Below, in pieces: positions 26,727 through 35,542 of a DNA stretch of 38,193 nt. A program made the translations under genes and the position numbers. Positions within the stretch are counted from its first letter, which is position 1. The number at the start of each line of letters is the position of its first letter. The stretch is from Alphaproteobacteria bacterium (GTDB lineage: Bacteria > Pseudomonadota > Alphaproteobacteria > Rs-D84): assembly GCA_017618595.1 (NCBI GenBank), contig JAFZTZ010000022.1, positions 1 through 38,193 of the forward strand. Reading direction: 5' to 3'. A model generated the notes under the pieces. It saw only the letters and a program-made list of their open reading frames with translations. It did no database searches and was not told the DNA's origin.

Positions 26727-27740
26727 CTAAATTCGAACATAGCCCGAATCGGTTTTTCTTATTAAACCTTGCAATTCCAATATGACTAACTCGCGTTTAA
26801 TTTCCATAATATTTTTTCCGACAACATCTGCCAATACAGATTCAGACAATGGAACTGTTCCTAATTTATCCAAAACCGTATTTTCTGATTCGGATTTTTT
26901 TGGTTGGTCGGTCACTATTTTATCATCATCAAAGAAATCTTTTGCACCCTGACATAAAATTGCCACACCTTTCCGAATCAGAGAATTTGGTCCTGCACCA
27001 CGGGAATCCGCCGGATGTGACGGTATCGCATATATTTGCCGGCCATATGAAATTGCAAAATTAGCGGTTTTCATACTGCCTGATTTTAAATCTGCCTCGG
27101 ACAATATCAGTTTTTCGCCGATTCCGGCAATAATACGATTACGTTGAACAAAATTTGTTCCATTTGGCACAAATCCAACCGGCATATCACTTATTACCAC
27201 ACCGCGTTCCAGTATTTCGTAATACAACGATTCGTTTTCCGGGGGCCATATATAATCCACACCACCCGCCAAGACCGCAATTGTGTTCATGTTTCCATCT
27301 GCACGCAATGCACCCATATGCGCCGCATAATCTGTTCCAATTGCCATACCTGATACAACTGATATATTATGTTCTGCAAAACACCGTGCAATATCCGCGA
27401 CAAATTCCATTCCTGCGCCAGTTGCATGTCGCGTCCCAACAATTGCGACCGATTCGCGCGCCAATGTTGCAATATTTCCACGCGCGGTTAATACAGGTGG
27501 GTGATTTTTTACATCACGCAATTTTTTTGGATAGCGTTCATCATCATCAAATATAAATTGTATATCTAATCTGGCCGCCGTATCTATTTCGCGCATTACC
27601 GCATCACGCAAATCGTCGCCTGGCACCAAAGATTCTAGTACCGCATGCACATCACCAAATTTCTGCAGTAATTTATTATACGACACCGGCCCAATTCCAG
27701 GCGAACGTAAAACCAATAAATGTTCAAACAAGTCTTTCAT
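26727..27740 (-). CDS. dprA: DNA-processing protein DprA (Smf)
   Basis: Supporting motifs are LRSPGIGPVSYNKLL, VAIVGTR.AT..G, SGMAIG.D..AH and the C-terminal winged-helix tail. The ATG at 27740 is preferred because a terminator hairpin lies inside the longer 27809 version. Confidence 0.85.
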   Translation of the reverse strand: MKDLFEHLLVLRSPGIGPVSYNKLLQKFGDVHAVLESLVPGDDLRDAVMREIDTAARLDIQFIFDDDERYPKKLRDVKNHPPVLTARGNIATLARESVAIVGTRHATGAGMEFVADIARCFAEHNISVVSGMAIGTDYAAHMGALRADGNMNTIAVLAGGVDYIWPPENESLYYEILERGVVISDMPVGFVPNGTNFVQRNRIIAGIGEKLILSEADLKSGSMKTANFAISYGRQIYAIPSHPADSRGAGPNSLIRKGVAILCQGAKDFFDDDKIVTDQPKKSESENTVLDKLGTVPLSESVLADVVGKNIMEIKRELVILELQGLIRKTDSGYVRI

Positions 27741-27784
27741 AGCTATCACTATATTATTATATGCGGAAATTTGGCAAGAAAAAA

Positions 27785-27806
27785 CACCCGCTGGCGGGTG
27801 CTTTTT
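27785..27806 (-). terminator. Intrinsic terminator of the upstream secreted-protein gene
   Basis: Stem cacccg, loop ctgg, stem cgggtg, with TTTTTT following on the minus strand. Confidence 0.65.
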
Positions 27807-27827
27807 CAAATATATGATTACGAACTA

Positions 27828-28688
27828 TTATATATTCAACAGCATATCGTAATTATACTTGTTGCATTCTTCAGGTTTCTCAGATGGATTCTTGATTTGT
27901 TCGCACTTTTCTTTCAAACTTCTTAAATCATTCATGATAGTTGTAAGACGTGAATCATTATTCTTTTTCAAAACCAACAATTGTGAACGTAACAATTCCG
28001 TATCCTGCAAGGCCTTTTGCCCTTCTACCTTGCCACCAATAAGTTTATTTCCAAACAATTCCATCGAACCAACACCAAGTGCCGCACCACCAACTGCGCC
28101 ACCAACTGTTGCCCATGTACGATTTTTCTTCTTGGCGTCTAATATGCGTTGTTCAAGCATATTTTCATCTAGCCATGAACCACAATTCACAACTTCGCCC
28201 CATTGGAAATAACGGCTTTTCATATCAGACAGATTAATACGCGCATCTGTACTTTTTATATCAACCTTGGCAAAGCATACATTGTTTTCCGGATTTTCAA
28301 CATCTTCTTGCATTGTTGCATAACTGCCAGTATTGCTATAACGTGATGCCCAAACAAATGTGTTACCAACACCAATGTTATTATTCAAACATGCTGCGCG
28401 TTCCGCTTCACGTGAATCTTTCTTGGTTTCTTCGGCCGCCGGCTTCAATGGCGGGATATTCGAAACATCCTGTATGCTTGGTGAACGTTCTTGGGTTGTG
28501 CTGATTGACACATCCGCCGTTGTTAACTGATTTTTAGACATAATATTTGCCGCCCTATCTTGTGTAGGCGCAGGTGCAAACCTGTTACTGTTTGCCATTC
28601 CCAATGCCCCAACGCGCGGATCACGTGGCGCAGCGCCCGCAACAACCGGCAAACACACCAAAAATAAAGCGATAAAACTTTTAATCAT
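27828..28688 (-). CDS. Secreted or membrane-associated protein with a glycine-zipper segment and a C-terminal coiled coil
   Basis: The signal peptide is MIKSFIALFLVCLPVVAGA|A. The glycine zipper is WATVGGAVGGAALGVGSMELFG. The tail is heptad-like (LRSQLLVLKKNNDSRLTTIMNDLRSLKEKCEQI). An AGAGGGAG RBS lies upstream. Confidence 0.6.
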   Translation of the reverse strand: MIKSFIALFLVCLPVVAGAAPRDPRVGALGMANSNRFAPAPTQDRAANIMSKNQLTTADVSISTTQERSPSIQDVSNIPPLKPAAEETKKDSREAERAACLNNNIGVGNTFVWASRYSNTGSYATMQEDVENPENNVCFAKVDIKSTDARINLSDMKSRYFQWGEVVNCGSWLDENMLEQRILDAKKKNRTWATVGGAVGGAALGVGSMELFGNKLIGGKVEGQKALQDTELLRSQLLVLKKNNDSRLTTIMNDLRSLKEKCEQIKNPSEKPEECNKYNYDMLLNI

Positions 28689-28765
28689 AGAAAGCTCCCT
28701 CTTGCTATATCAGGCATATTATATCACAAAAAGGAGCCCAAATAAAGAATAAAACTAAAAAATGT

Positions 28766-29353
28766 CTATTTTTTCCACTTCCACGTCAATTTCGATTCGG
28801 TTCCGCCAATAAGACGCCCTATATTTTCCATATGTCGCACCAAACACAGCACACAACTTGCAAAAATTGCAACACCAACCGTTCCACCAATTGCAAAACC
28901 CAACACAGATGCAACCAAAAATACCGTCAACCCACCAAGCGATGAATATCCAAACGAAAACACAACTACTAACCACGATGCACCACAAATTAAAAACATC
29001 AATGGGTCAAGCGCAAGCAACATACCAAACAAACACGACACACCCTTGCCACCGCGGAATCCCAACCAAATTGAAAAGCAATGTCCAAAAACGGCCGCAA
29101 AACCGCACCACGCCGCCAACGCGTCACCACCCATTGCCGATCCAATTAAAACCGCCAGTATGGTTTTTAACATATCTGCCAACCATACCGCCGCGCCAAC
29201 GCGCAGGCCACCAGCCCGCATTGCATTTGCCGCACCGATATTTCCGCTGCCCACTTTGCGCAAATCACCACGGCCAAACAGGCGCGTCAACAAAATGCCA
29301 AACGGTATACTACCTAATAAATATCCTATAATTATTCCAAAAATGTATAACAT
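28766..29353 (-). CDS. plsY: Glycerol-3-phosphate acyltransferase PlsY
   Basis: It contains GSIPFG.LL......D.R..GSGNIGA.N..R and a multi-TM profile at the typical size of 195 aa. Confidence 0.88.
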   Translation of the reverse strand: MLYIFGIIIGYLLGSIPFGILLTRLFGRGDLRKVGSGNIGAANAMRAGGLRVGAAVWLADMLKTILAVLIGSAMGGDALAAWCGFAAVFGHCFSIWLGFRGGKGVSCLFGMLLALDPLMFLICGASWLVVVFSFGYSSLGGLTVFLVASVLGFAIGGTVGVAIFASCVLCLVRHMENIGRLIGGTESKLTWKWKK

Positions 29354-29427
29354 TGTTATTTTTCCTTGATTTTATGTTTGTTTTCTATAAAATAGCAGAA
29401 AACAAAAATAAATAAAAGGAAAATAAA

Positions 29428-29688
29428 GTGGCAAACCACAAATCATCTAAAAAAAGAATTTTGGTCACGGCAAGAAAGAATACGGTTAACACCGCACGTC
29501 GCAGCGCCGTAAAAACGGAAAACAAAAAGGCCATTAAGGCTATCGCATCTGGCGACAAGGCCGCAGCAGTTGCAGCGGTTCGCAATGCAGAAAGCAAAAT
29601 GATGAAGGCCGCTGGCAAAGTTATGCCAAAGAAACGCGCATCACGCAAAGTTTCTCGTTTGACCAAGGCCGCCGCCAAATTGGCGTAA
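29428..29688 (+). CDS. rpsT: 30S ribosomal protein S20
   Basis: The protein is MANHKSSKKRI....RKN..N...RS..KT..KK, basic and 86 aa long. It uses a GTG start with an upstream AAAGGAAAA. Confidence 0.9.
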   Translation: MANHKSSKKRILVTARKNTVNTARRSAVKTENKKAIKAIASGDKAAAVAAVRNAESKMMKAAGKVMPKKRASRKVSRLTKAAAKLA

Positions 29689-29708
29689 TAACGGCCAACA
29701 AGAAATTT

Positions 29709-29734
29709 GGCATGCATTTTTATGCATGCCTTTT
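29709..29734 (+). terminator. Intrinsic terminator of rpsT
   Basis: Stem ggcatgca, loop ttttta, stem tgcatgcc, followed by TTTTG. Confidence 0.65.
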
Positions 29735-29757
29735 GTTGTATAACAAATTATTTAATT

Positions 29758-29979
29758 CTATTTCTGTTCAACTTTTTCAAATCTAGGTTTTCCGCCTACT
29801 ATTTCTTGCCACATTTTTAAAGGTCGACACCATACCTGGCCAAATGGAAAATCTGCCGATTCGTATAATGCACGATACACCACGACATCTTCCATGGTTT
29901 CGGTATGCTTACCAACCGCTATTACCTGATAACATTGATGATTTTTATAATGCCTGTAAATACCACCAATTTCTGGCAT
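29758..29979 (-). CDS. DUF1653 family protein
   Basis: YRHYKNHQCYQVIAVGKHTETMEDVVVYRALY....FGQVWCRPLKMW fits the DUF1653 pattern. The ATG at 29979 follows AAGGAAGG, and the longer start lies inside the upstream terminator. Confidence 0.65.
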   Translation of the reverse strand: MPEIGGIYRHYKNHQCYQVIAVGKHTETMEDVVVYRALYESADFPFGQVWCRPLKMWQEIVGGKPRFEKVEQK

Positions 29980-29993
29980 ATGACCTTCCTTGT

Positions 29994-30020
29994 AAAAAAA
30001 GACCGCCATAACCGGCGGTC
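29994..30020 (-). terminator. Intrinsic terminator of the secretin gene
   Basis: On the minus strand the sequence reads GACCGCC-GGTTAT-GGCGGTC followed by TTTTTTT. Confidence 0.75.
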
Positions 30021-30031
30021 TTGAATTTATT

Positions 30032-31657
30032 TTAATTTAACGGGGCACCCCAATGTTGTTGGATACTGCGTTCTGCATCCATCGGGCTAACCAACACTTG
30101 CGGTGTCAGGATAACCACCAACACATCACGTTGTGACGCCGTTTCACGCGACCCAGACAACAACATGAAATCAGGATCACCCAAACCATAACGTGTATCA
30201 TTATTTGTCTGCTTTTCAAACCCAGACACAACCAACATTTGACCAGATTCCATAATAATTTCCTGCATGAAACTACGTTCTTCAACTTCTGGTAACTGCA
30301 ATGTAACCTCACCAATTGTTTGGCTGGACATCTTCAGCAATTCACGAACAGACATTCTGAACAACAGCAAGATTTTACCATTTTCCAAAATGTTCGGTAA
30401 CAACTGCATTGAAAATCCTGTTTCCAAATTATCTTGGTCGACGGTACTGGATTCAACAGTTGTAAAGTTACGCGACTCGAAACGTTTGATATAGCCAGTA
30501 CTCTTGGTATTATTCACCGGCGCAACACGGTTATTACGTGTTGTAACACCAACATTTGTGACCAACGAAACCTTGCCCTGCTTTGCCAACGCTTCTATCA
30601 ATGCGTTGCTGCCTGCGACACCCGACAAAGAACCATTATTTATTTGATCCGCCGTATATGCCCCGGCAACACTAGTTCCACCTTCCATATGTGTCATACC
30701 GGTTAACGAAGAAACCGCATTTGACAGAACCGCGATATTCATAGAACTTGCTTCGGTCGTGGCTAAATTATTTTTCGGATTCGCAACAATATTTAATCCC
30801 GACGCAGAATTTATCGCCGCGGCCAAATTCAAACCGAACGCAGAATCGTTTGCAATGGATACCTGCAACACCTTAACATCAATTGTAACCAATTGTGATA
30901 ATCTTTTATTCTGGCGCGCGATATAATCGCCAACACGACTTAACACCGACGGTGGCGCGGTCACGGTTATTGTTCCCAAACTGCGCGATACTGTGAACTT
31001 GGCATTTTCGGCCTTGCCAATAATAGATGAAATCGTGTTTTCAACTTCGTCCCATTCTTTTAAAGTGGATTCAAGGAACACCTGGTTGCCATCATCTGTC
31101 TGGACAGACGACTGATATGAAACATCGGTCCCGAGTGCATATAATGTAAATGTCTTGGTTTCTGTTTCATAGAAAACAATTGCGGTCTTGTCATAATACC
31201 ATAACAAATCTAAATCTGTTGCTACCTGGGATAACAGCCCCGACAATTTACCAGTATACGCAATGTTCATCGTCTTTTTTAATTTTTCTGATGCAACCTG
31301 ACTATCAATTTTAACAGGGATACGTGTAATCGAATTAATGTTATTTGCCAATACTTGTAATGTCACAGGTTCATTTAATAATATTGTAACCCCTGCATCT
31401 GTTTCAAATGCACGTGGCAAATCATTTTTATGTTCGACCAACATCGACTGATCGCCCAACCATACACCTTCGGACATAGAAACTGTATCGCTGCTTGTTA
31501 CCTTGGCACGCGGATTTTTGGCCATTTCAAAAGCGTCATACACATTAACAAAATCTTGGTCCACCGATGCGGCGACCTTTGCAGATTCATGATGCGTACA
31601 GCCCGCAAAGCCCAAAACAGAAATTACTGCGGCAAAAATCTTTATGTATTTTGTCAT
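30032..31657 (-). CDS. Lipoprotein secretin of the type IVb-pilus PilN (R64)/BfpB/TcpC type
   Basis: The signal peptide carries a lipobox (VLGFAG|C). The C-terminal secretin domain reads GFSMQLLPNILENGKILLLFRMSV...LQLPEVEERSFMQEIIMESGQMLVVSGF...RDVLVVILTPQVL. Confidence 0.75.
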   Translation of the reverse strand: MTKYIKIFAAVISVLGFAGCTHHESAKVAASVDQDFVNVYDAFEMAKNPRAKVTSSDTVSMSEGVWLGDQSMLVEHKNDLPRAFETDAGVTILLNEPVTLQVLANNINSITRIPVKIDSQVASEKLKKTMNIAYTGKLSGLLSQVATDLDLLWYYDKTAIVFYETETKTFTLYALGTDVSYQSSVQTDDGNQVFLESTLKEWDEVENTISSIIGKAENAKFTVSRSLGTITVTAPPSVLSRVGDYIARQNKRLSQLVTIDVKVLQVSIANDSAFGLNLAAAINSASGLNIVANPKNNLATTEASSMNIAVLSNAVSSLTGMTHMEGGTSVAGAYTADQINNGSLSGVAGSNALIEALAKQGKVSLVTNVGVTTRNNRVAPVNNTKSTGYIKRFESRNFTTVESSTVDQDNLETGFSMQLLPNILENGKILLLFRMSVRELLKMSSQTIGEVTLQLPEVEERSFMQEIIMESGQMLVVSGFEKQTNNDTRYGLGDPDFMLLSGSRETASQRDVLVVILTPQVLVSPMDAERSIQQHWGAPLN

Positions 31658-31684
31658 ATATTTTCTCCTACCTAATATATCAAA

Positions 31685-32758
31685 CTATTCTTCGGTCGTA
31701 GACACAACAAGAACGCGATTTCCCTTATAAAACTTGGCATACGGAACCGGTATTGCACGTCCAAAGTTACGCACAACCGCCGATGCAACATCAACAAAAC
31801 GTCCCTTAAATACGGCACTTGCCTGAATTGGATATTCACGTGATGTCGCCCATACCAAATCCCAACCTTCTTTGTCGCACCATGACTGCAAAACCTGGCG
31901 CAACGTTTGACCATTGGCCACAACCCACGATCTAACCTGGTCTTGAACTGTATTTGCCGGTTCTGCATCTGCCGATAAATCAACCGCGATTTCTGTATCC
32001 CCAGAAACAAGCATTGAACTGTTGTCATAAACCGGACTTGAACCACCAAACATCGGTACCGTTATATCGTTTGAAACCAACATAGTATCTTGGGAGTCTT
32101 GACTTCTAACACTAACCACGCCATTTTTATCAACACTAACAACACCCGCGCCCGTTACCATTTCACCTGATGCTGTTTTTTCGGTCAAACCATTACGTGC
32201 CAAATACGCATCATATCCATCTGCGAATTTTGCACATGTTCCGCGACCGCTGCGTGAAACGGCCAAAACACTGCCACCATCATCTTCCAACACTTCGCGA
32301 TGTAACAACGGCATTTCCGCGCCACGTTGACAGTCCAAATCAAACCCAACCGGTACCTGATTTCCATGCAACATATTTGCGCCACCAGACCAACCAGTCC
32401 CAGCGCGTGCACCCAAATTGAAATTATTTTCCACGACCAAATCATCACCAATTTTTGACACGATTTTTATGTTATCCGCTGATTTAGTACATGCGCCCAT
32501 ATCACACGCAACCGTCACGTCGGCATCAGAACCCGCCAACGGCCACGCAGGAATATTCACCGGCATTTGTGGCTGATATTGCACCTGGGCATCACCCTGA
32601 TAATAATCCTTGGTTTCTTGAACATATGTATTTTCATCTTCGTCCACTTCGTCATCATAGAAAACTTCGGATGTTACAACCTGGGGCAAATTACCGGCCG
32701 CAAAGCAATAGCCAGCGGCGGTTGCAAGCATTGCAGCAATTAAAATCTTGCGAAACAT
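31685..32758 (-). CDS. TcpQ-domain (PilL-like) periplasmic/outer-membrane pilus-assembly protein
   Basis: The signal peptide is MFRKILIAAMLATAAGYCFA|A. The C-terminus WVVANGQTLRQVLQSWCDKEGWDLVWATSREYPIQASAVFKGRFVDVASAVV fits the TcpQ/PilL C-terminal pattern. An AGGAAAGGAAAG RBS precedes the ATG at 32758. Confidence 0.65.
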   Translation of the reverse strand: MFRKILIAAMLATAAGYCFAAGNLPQVVTSEVFYDDEVDEDENTYVQETKDYYQGDAQVQYQPQMPVNIPAWPLAGSDADVTVACDMGACTKSADNIKIVSKIGDDLVVENNFNLGARAGTGWSGGANMLHGNQVPVGFDLDCQRGAEMPLLHREVLEDDGGSVLAVSRSGRGTCAKFADGYDAYLARNGLTEKTASGEMVTGAGVVSVDKNGVVSVRSQDSQDTMLVSNDITVPMFGGSSPVYDNSSMLVSGDTEIAVDLSADAEPANTVQDQVRSWVVANGQTLRQVLQSWCDKEGWDLVWATSREYPIQASAVFKGRFVDVASAVVRNFGRAIPVPYAKFYKGNRVLVVSTTEE

Positions 32759-32894
32759 TGTCTTTCCTTTCCTAATATTTCTTATATTTATATTGGTTAT
32801 TATAACAATTTGACCGAATCTGTGCAAGACCTAAAAATAGTTTTAAGGGTGTTTTTTTATAAATTTTCTAACTTTATGATACGAATCGGAAAAA

Positions 32895-32906
32895 GTGTGG
32901 TATACT
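32895..32906 (+). promoter_or_regulatory. Extended -10 promoter element for the TM-protein/sufBC operon
   Basis: aaaaaGTGTGGTATACT ends 30 nt upstream of the ATG at 32936. The same motif class recurs at other genes (see findings). Confidence 0.45.
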
Positions 32907-32935
32907 TTAACCGAATAACCAAAGGAAAAACAGAT

Positions 32936-33490
32936 ATGTCCAACACGATTTTATTTATTTTACTGGGATTTTCGGTTGCTTTTGCAATCGCGACAACAAT
33001 TATTGGTATTTTGGCACATCGCCGCTTGGGGACTATTGAACGAAATATTTCGTATCAGTATAACCTTATCGTAAAAATTCAGAGCATTTTAAAAAGCAAA
33101 TCTGCAACCAATGCCGTTGCCGAACATGCCGAAATGATATACCAAGATTTGTTGCAAAATCTGATTCCTATTTTGGCGGCATTGGATATTATGCCACGCA
33201 ACACATCGGAACATCCGCTGTGGCGAACATTGGGTGGTTTGTTGGATGAATATACCAAGAATCCATTTGTTATGGAACAATTGCGTCGCGCAATAAAACT
33301 TGATGCGGGGGTAAAACGCAATGTTTCAAATTATATGAATCGCGCAGAAAATTTACTGGACCATCTTAATACCACCGAACCAGACGGCATTTTGACAACA
33401 ACATTTATAAACGGCCTGCTGGGACAATCACTAACCTTCTTTACCCAGGCATATCAACTTGCCACGACCACCGACGAAGGCGATAAATGA
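32936..33490 (+). CDS. Single-pass membrane protein of unknown function, translationally coupled to sufB
   Basis: An AAAGGAAAA RBS precedes the start. The N-terminal TM is ILFILLGFSVAFAIATTIIGILA, followed by a helical Cys-free domain. The stop overlaps the sufB start (ATGA). Confidence 0.6.
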   Translation: MSNTILFILLGFSVAFAIATTIIGILAHRRLGTIERNISYQYNLIVKIQSILKSKSATNAVAEHAEMIYQDLLQNLIPILAALDIMPRNTSEHPLWRTLGGLLDEYTKNPFVMEQLRRAIKLDAGVKRNVSNYMNRAENLLDHLNTTEPDGILTTTFINGLLGQSLTFFTQAYQLATTTDEGDK

Positions 33491-34830
33491 TCGGACCAAC
33501 CGAAGATCTTGTCCGGGAAATTTCAACCAGACGTGGCGAACCAGAATGGTTGACCGAATGGCGCATCGCCGCATTACATGCATGGGAAAAAATGACCGAA
33601 CCACATTGGGCGGAAATAGATTATGCGCCCATAGATTATTCGGCATTAAATTATTACAACACCCCAACGCCCATTGATAACAGCGATTTAAAATCTACCT
33701 ATGAAAAAATGGGATTACCGGTTGGCGAACAAAACGCGCTGTTGGGAATGGCCACCGATACGATTATTGATAGTGAATCTGTTCACACGTCCTATACGGC
33801 GGAATTGGCGGCACGCGGCATTATATTCATGCCATTTTCATCGGCGGTTCGCGAATATCCGGAACTGGTAAAAAAATATCTTGGCACCGTCGTTCCACCC
33901 ACAGATAATTTTTTTGCGGCGTTAAATTCGGCGGTGTTTTCCGATGGCACATTTGTTTATATTCCACCCAACACCGAATGCCCAATTGATTTGGCAAGTT
34001 ATTTTCGAATCGAAACTGCAAAAATTGGTCAATTTGAACGCACCCTGATTATCGCCGACAAAAATTCAAAACTTAGTTACATGGAAGGCTGCAGCGCACC
34101 ACGCCGCCCCAACCATCAATTGCATAGCGGTGTTGTCGAAATCATTGTAAATGATGGGGCACATGTTAAATACGCAACTGTTCAAAATTGGCACGCCGGC
34201 GATGCAGAGCGTGGAGAATATAATAAAAGTGGGATTTTAAATTTTGTAACGAAACGTGGAAAATGTTTTGACAACGCGCGTCTTGATTGGACTCAGTTCG
34301 AAGTTGGTTCGGCAATGACATGGAAATATCCCTCAACTATTCTTTACGGTGATGGTTCGGCTAGTGATTTTTATTCGCTGTCTATTACGCGCCGCGGGCA
34401 ACAGGCAGATACCGGGACAAAAATGTTGCACATTGGAAATAACACCACATCCAATATTGTTTCATACGGTGTGGCATTGGATTGGTCACGCCAAACATTT
34501 CGCAGTTTGGTTCAATTTTTCGGGACGGGTGGTAAAAACGCATCAAAGTGCGACACACGCATTATTGGGAATTCGGCAATTACAAATGCCCTGCCCGACA
34601 TTAAATATGAAAACACAGATAACATTCAAACGCACGAGGCAAAAACTGGTGCCATCGACGCAACACAAATTATGTATCTAAATATGGCGGGGATAGATAC
34701 AGATACCGCAACGGCACTAATTATTGGATCAATGGCAACACCGATATTATCACGCCTGCCGATGGAATTTTTGGTTGAATCAAAACAACTGATACAAATG
34801 GCACTTGCAACAGATGGGGGCAAAAAATGA
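33487..34830 (+). CDS. sufB: Fe-S cluster assembly scaffold SufB
   Basis: Supporting motifs are GQFERTLIIAD..SKLSYMEGCSAP....QLHSGVVEI, TVQNW, NFVTKRG.C, WTQFEVGSAMTWKYPS, QADTGTKMLH and THEAKTGAID. Confidence 0.9.
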   Translation: MIGPTEDLVREISTRRGEPEWLTEWRIAALHAWEKMTEPHWAEIDYAPIDYSALNYYNTPTPIDNSDLKSTYEKMGLPVGEQNALLGMATDTIIDSESVHTSYTAELAARGIIFMPFSSAVREYPELVKKYLGTVVPPTDNFFAALNSAVFSDGTFVYIPPNTECPIDLASYFRIETAKIGQFERTLIIADKNSKLSYMEGCSAPRRPNHQLHSGVVEIIVNDGAHVKYATVQNWHAGDAERGEYNKSGILNFVTKRGKCFDNARLDWTQFEVGSAMTWKYPSTILYGDGSASDFYSLSITRRGQQADTGTKMLHIGNNTTSNIVSYGVALDWSRQTFRSLVQFFGTGGKNASKCDTRIIGNSAITNALPDIKYENTDNIQTHEAKTGAIDATQIMYLNMAGIDTDTATALIIGSMATPILSRLPMEFLVESKQLIQMALATDGGKK

Positions 34831-35507
34831 TTCTAGAAATTAAAAATCTTGATGTATCGTTCGGTGATAAAAAATTACTATCGAACATAAATTTAAGTAT
34901 AGAACCTGGTGCACGCCATTTGCTGTCGGGGCATAATGGTTCGGGCAAATCAACATTGGTGGGTGCAATTGCGGGCAACCCCGAATATTCCATAGATTCC
35001 GGGCAAATAATTTTTGATGGCCGCGATATCACAAATGAAAATGCAACCACACGCGCATTGATGGGAATATTTTTGGGTGCGCAAAATGTGCCGGAAATTC
35101 CAGGGCTGACCATCATCAGTTTCCTAAAACATTCACTTGCCGCACATCGTCATTTTGAAACAGACACCGATTTACCAATGGGCGAATTTTTGGAAATGCT
35201 GGAAAATGCACGCGAACAATTAAACATTCCGCGCGACTGGCTAAACAGATGTGTTAATGTTGGTTTTTCGGGTGGTGAACGGAAACGATTGATGTTATTG
35301 CGTTTGGTACTGACCAAACCGAAATTGGCCATTTTGGATGAACCAGATTCTGGGGCGGATGCAACGGTTCGCACACAAATTGCGGACATAATGCATTCTA
35401 TGCCAGATACGACGTTTCTATTCATCAGTCATCAACCAGATTTTACCGCCGCGGTATCCCCATCGCATATAACCACTTTGTCAAAAGGCAAAGTTATGAT
35501 AGAATAG
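34827..35507 (+). CDS. sufC: Fe-S cluster assembly ATPase SufC
   Basis: Walker A is GHNGSGKST, the signature is FSGGERKR and Walker B is AILDEPDSGAD. The start overlaps the sufB stop by 4 nt. Confidence 0.85.
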   Translation: MILEIKNLDVSFGDKKLLSNINLSIEPGARHLLSGHNGSGKSTLVGAIAGNPEYSIDSGQIIFDGRDITNENATTRALMGIFLGAQNVPEIPGLTIISFLKHSLAAHRHFETDTDLPMGEFLEMLENAREQLNIPRDWLNRCVNVGFSGGERKRLMLLRLVLTKPKLAILDEPDSGADATVRTQIADIMHSMPDTTFLFISHQPDFTAAVSPSHITTLSKGKVMIE

Positions 35508-35542
35508 ACATATATAATATACGATAACGAAAGGTGCTTTCC

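Noticed and set aside
29385-29717. A 110-aa minus-strand ORF covering rpsT
   Set aside because: It is antisense to the unmistakable S20 gene.
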